From NCBI RefSeq assembly GCF_004010195.1, contig NC_057752.1, forward strand, positions 7,419,337 to 7,459,630: a stretch of 40,294 nucleotides of DNA, written 5' to 3'. Below, one piece after another: positions 36,830 to 40,294 of this stretch. The stretch comes from Chiloscyllium plagiosum. Its lineage: Eukaryota. The notes beneath the pieces were generated by a model, which was not told where the DNA came from, made no database searches, and saw nothing but the letters and a program-made list of their open reading frames with translations. Numbering within the stretch: the first letter of the stretch is position 1; each line of letters opens with the position of its first letter. The translations under genes were made by a program, and so were the position numbers.

Positions 36830-38085
36830 CCCCAATTGATTTAGCAGGAGAACAAAGAAAAGATAAAGTGTTATAAAAAGTATTGGAAGGGAAGGAGTCA
36901 GAGGAATATACAGAATAAAAAGGAATACATGTAAAAGAGGGTGTGGTACTGTATGAAAGGAAATGTGTAGCAGCAGAAAAGAAAAGGAATCAGATGATTT
37001 ATTGATATCATATATATGTGGGCTTCAAGGGTCGGAAAACACCTTGGACAGGTTGAAGGAGGTATGTTGGTGGCCACGAATAAAAGGGGATGTGGAACAT
37101 TATTTGAAAAATAGTCTGATATGTGCCCTAAATAGCCCCAACAAAAATGGGAAGAAGGAAGCCCTTAGACACACAAGGCCAGTAGACGGGCCCTGGACAA
37201 ATCTGTGAATTAACTTTGTGGGTCCCCTATCCCCAACTGCAGGAAGATGTAAGGCAAAAGTGAGGACTGCTGATGCTGGAAATCAGAGTCTAGATTAGAG
37301 TGGTGCTGGAAAAGCACAGCAGATCAGGCAGCATCCGAGGAGCAGGAAAATCGACGTCTCGGGCAAAAGCCCTTCATCAGGAATCTATTCCTGAAGAAGG
37401 GCTTTTGCCCAAAACGTCAATTTTCCTGCTCCTCGGATGCTGCCTGACCTGCTGTGCTTTTCCAGCACCACTCTAACCTCGACTCTGCAGGAAGATGTAA
37501 GTGTACTCTGGTGATAGTGGATACCTTCACCAAATTGGTAGAAGTGTTTCCACCTTGAACTGATACCGCTAAAATCATGTTGAAGATCCTGTTAAAAAAG
37601 GTTTTAACTCATCGGAACTTACGAAGGAATATTGAATCAGATCAAGGGAGGCATTTTACAGCCCAGGTGATGCAGAATGTCATGATACCGCTAGGGATAA
37701 AACAAAGGTTTCACATATCCTATCGGCCCTTATCCAGTAGGATAGTCAAAAGGGTGAGTCAAACTTTGAAGACTATGTTGGCCAAAATGGTGCAGCAGCA
37801 GCAGGCCACTTAGCTGATGGTACTTCCTTATGTCCTGATGATAGTAAGAAGCACTGTAGCACCCTCTACAGGGTTTACACCATATAGGTTGATGAAGGGT
37901 CGAGGGATGTGTGACCTGGAGGCACTGCTAGGACTAGACCTATCTGAGCCAGAAATAGGTGGAATAATGAAAGATAAGTGGATATAACAGCTGGTTGAGA
38001 ATGTAAAAGAAACAAATTCTGTGGTCCCAAATAATATGGGAAGGAAGAAGCAACAAAGTAAGGCCCACTTTGACTCCAAGACAAA
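36830..38085 (+). pseudogene. pol: pol: integrase, interrupted by a hairpin PLE
   Basis: TLDRLKEVCWWPRIKGDVEHYLKNSLIC; GPWTNL*INFVGPL; LVIVDTFTKLVEVF; IESDQGRHFT; FHISYRPLSSRIVKR; TGFTPY. Confidence 0.9.
37254..37484. mobile_element. fold-back Penelope-like insertion with 17-bp TSD
   Basis: ~100-bp arms around a 2-nt loop (37385-37386). TSD CTGCAGGAAGATGTAAG at 37237-37253 and 37485-37501. Confidence 0.9.
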
Positions 38086-38099
38086 GCCAAATGTATCCA

Positions 38100-39640
38100 G
38101 GAAGGATGGGGACAATTTGGATAGGTGCCATGGGCCAGGAACTTTCATGCTGTACAGAAATAGTCCACCAATTATCATGATCACAACCCCGAAAACTACG
38201 TCAGAATCACAGTGTAGTGAATCTCAGAGAGATACAAGAGGGGTAGGGTAAGAAACGGAAAAGGTGTTTACTCTCGTACCAGGGTATAGACACGTACAGG
38301 TAATGTTTAACTTGATAGACATACAAATGCCATCCTGGTGCGATAGACAAGTCTGGCAACTCTTTGTCCACTTACTCTAGAGACAACTTGGTCATAGTGA
38401 ATTTACATCAGAAAAGAAAAGGAGGAAGAGAGGATTGATGGAGTTAACGGGAGCAGGCAACGCACCAGGTGACTATTAATACCCTCGACATAGCAGAAAT
38501 GGAGGTTCAGTTAAGTTCCCTCCAGGAAAAAATGAGGATAATATTAGGCCAGGAGTACCAGGATCAAGAAAAGACAGGTAGGATAGTACAACAAGCGGCA
38601 CAGGTAGCGCTACCAAAATGTTGAGACCCCTTCAGAATATTACCAACGATATTACAGACAGGATGGCTTATGAGGTAACCCGCAGTAATACAGTGATATT
38701 TTGTTCTATATATATTAGTTAGCTCCTGTCTATGGTTAGCACAAATATGTTGCAATTAGATGCTCATAGAGTACCAGACTGGGTATTGGATAAATAACTT
38801 AGGACATGGGTGAGTGGGAAAATGCCTCTGTGTCACGTCAGGAGCCTCACTCTCACCAACCAGGCCTTGAGCACCAGTGATGATAATAACGGTCAGCTTT
38901 ACATTGGTACGATGCTTCATATACCCAATCATGGGGACAATCTGGCACAACCCTTAATGCGAGTTTATAATGTGTAAATACCATGAAGGAACTTGGACAT
39001 CATTAAGTAACCCACCAATCCATCCTATAGTTCTAGAGGTATCTAAAAATGGGGGTGGATTTGTCCTAATCCCATCAAGGGGAAAACCAGTGGGCATGTT
39101 CCAGAAGAAATGATTAAAGATGAACTAACTCAGCGTGGATTTGCCTATTATGAGAACTTTTCTTAAGTATAACTTAGTGAGAGACACCTACTATGTCGCC
39201 ACAGCAGCCTCAGGATACCAAAAAAGAAGGACATGGACAGAATCTGGCTATCAGCAATATCTCTTCTGACTTAACCAGTAGCCACCAAATTCTGCTGAAG
39301 TCAGAATCCAATGAGATACTGAGCATAACTCGAATCCATCCACCCAAATGATACAGATGATGATTTATGGCAGTTTGTAACTACACCTGGGTGAAGATCA
39401 TTCTCAAGGCAAAGGAAGTTATCCATAAATGGGTTATACATGAGAAAGAGATTAAAACACATGCAGAAGAGGCAGATAGGAACTTGCAGGCTCCAAGTTT
39501 CTGGAGCAAAATTTGGAATTGGGGACTGAACATTCAGATCCATCTGTGGATCAGAATTGTTCTCATGTTGTACTACAATTTGTTATATTTATTGTTGTAA
39601 TAGACTTGTTTGTTTGTTAAAATGCAAAGTTAAGAAATGG
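38100..39640 (+). pseudogene. env: env-like class I fusion glycoprotein remnant
   Basis: KKRRKR|GLMELTGAGNA at 38414-38460; heptad INTLDIAEMEVQLSSLQEKM; RVPDWV; IGTMLHIP...PLMRVYNV; C-terminal helix, then SFWSKIWNWG and a hydrophobic segment. Confidence 0.7.
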
Positions 39641-39761
39641 AAGGGTCTGACAACAGGGATTGGTCTGAGATACCAAAACATAGCTCTTATGAAGCAGGGT
39701 TTGTAATAGTTGCTTACTCTCGGATAGGAATAATATAGACATAGCTAGTTCAAAGTATTTA

Positions 39762-40270
39762 GAGTCATAGAGTCATAGAGATGTACAGCATGGAAACAGA
39801 TCCTTCGGACCAACCCATCCATGCCGACCAGCTATCCCAACCCAATCAAGTCCCACCTGCCAGCACCTGGCCCGTATCCCACCAAACCCTTCCTATTCAT
39901 ATATCCATCCAGATGCCTTTTAAATGTTGTAATTGTACCTGCTTCCACTACTTTCTCTGCCAACACATTCCACACACCATCCTCTGCGTGAAGATGTTAC
40001 CCTTACGTCCTTTTAAATCTTTCCTCTAGGGTCCCTTTTAAATATTTCCCCTCTCACCTTAAACCAATGCCCTCTGGTTTTGGACTCCCCTACGCTCAGA
40101 AAAATACCTTGTTTATTCAACCTATGTCCCTCATGATTTTATAAACATCTAAAAAGTCACCCCCTTAACCTCTGACACTCCAGAGAAAATAGCCCCAGCC
40201 TATTCGGCCTCTCCCTATGCTTAAACCCTCCAACCTCGGCAGCATCCTTGTAAATCTTTTCTGCACCCTG
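39762..40270 (-). mobile_element. CR1 3' end with (CTCTATGA)n tail
   Basis: Similar to 12400-12860 and to the reverse complement of 23228-23704. Confidence 0.9.
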
Positions 40271-40294
40271 TCAGACTTTTAAGCATCAAGACCA

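Larger units (their letters stand above)
36068..39640 (+). mobile_element. degraded endogenous retrovirus-like element (pol 3' half plus env), lokiretrovirus-like
   Basis: Colinear connection end, RNase H, integrase and an F-like env on one strand. Many stops and frameshifts. No gag, RT core or LTR seen. Confidence 0.8.

Noticed and set aside
39640..39762. Polypurine tract and 3' LTR of the ERV
   Set aside because: None is visible before the CR1 insertion at 39762; they may be deleted or lie beyond the window.
1..40294. CRISPR array or prokaryotic operon
   Set aside because: No regularly spaced repeat-spacer units; the content is vertebrate repeat DNA.

Overview
Eukaryotic, repeat-dense genomic DNA, most likely from a shark or ray (HE1-type SINE with a CR1/HER1-type tail, abundant CR1 LINEs and Penelope-like ends). 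It has two assembly gaps (8522-8704, 14108-14607). Most of the window is nested, decayed retroelements: CR1 LINEs, tRNA-derived SINEs, Penelope-like elements (PLEs) carrying minimal hammerhead-ribozyme motifs, a Gypsy remnant, solo LTRs and a Harbinger Myb/SANT gene remnant. No intact host gene can be named; a few minus-strand exon candidates lie in the non-repetitive stretches. Two things stand out. (1) At ~36068-39640 there is a degraded endogenous retrovirus-like element with a connection-domain end, a retroviral-type RNase H, an integrase and an envelope gene. The envelope is built like a paramyxo/pneumovirus F protein (short N-terminal subunit, furin site KKRRKR, long fusion subunit), which is the lokiretrovirus architecture, here apparently in a cartilaginous fish. 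(2) Four independent fold-back PLE insertions from different families share one design: a complete terminus plus a truncated inverted copy, flanked by 10-17 bp target-site duplications, with hammerhead motifs on both strands. Boundaries of decayed repeats are approximate, all translations were read by eye, and family names rest on motif recognition rather than database searches.
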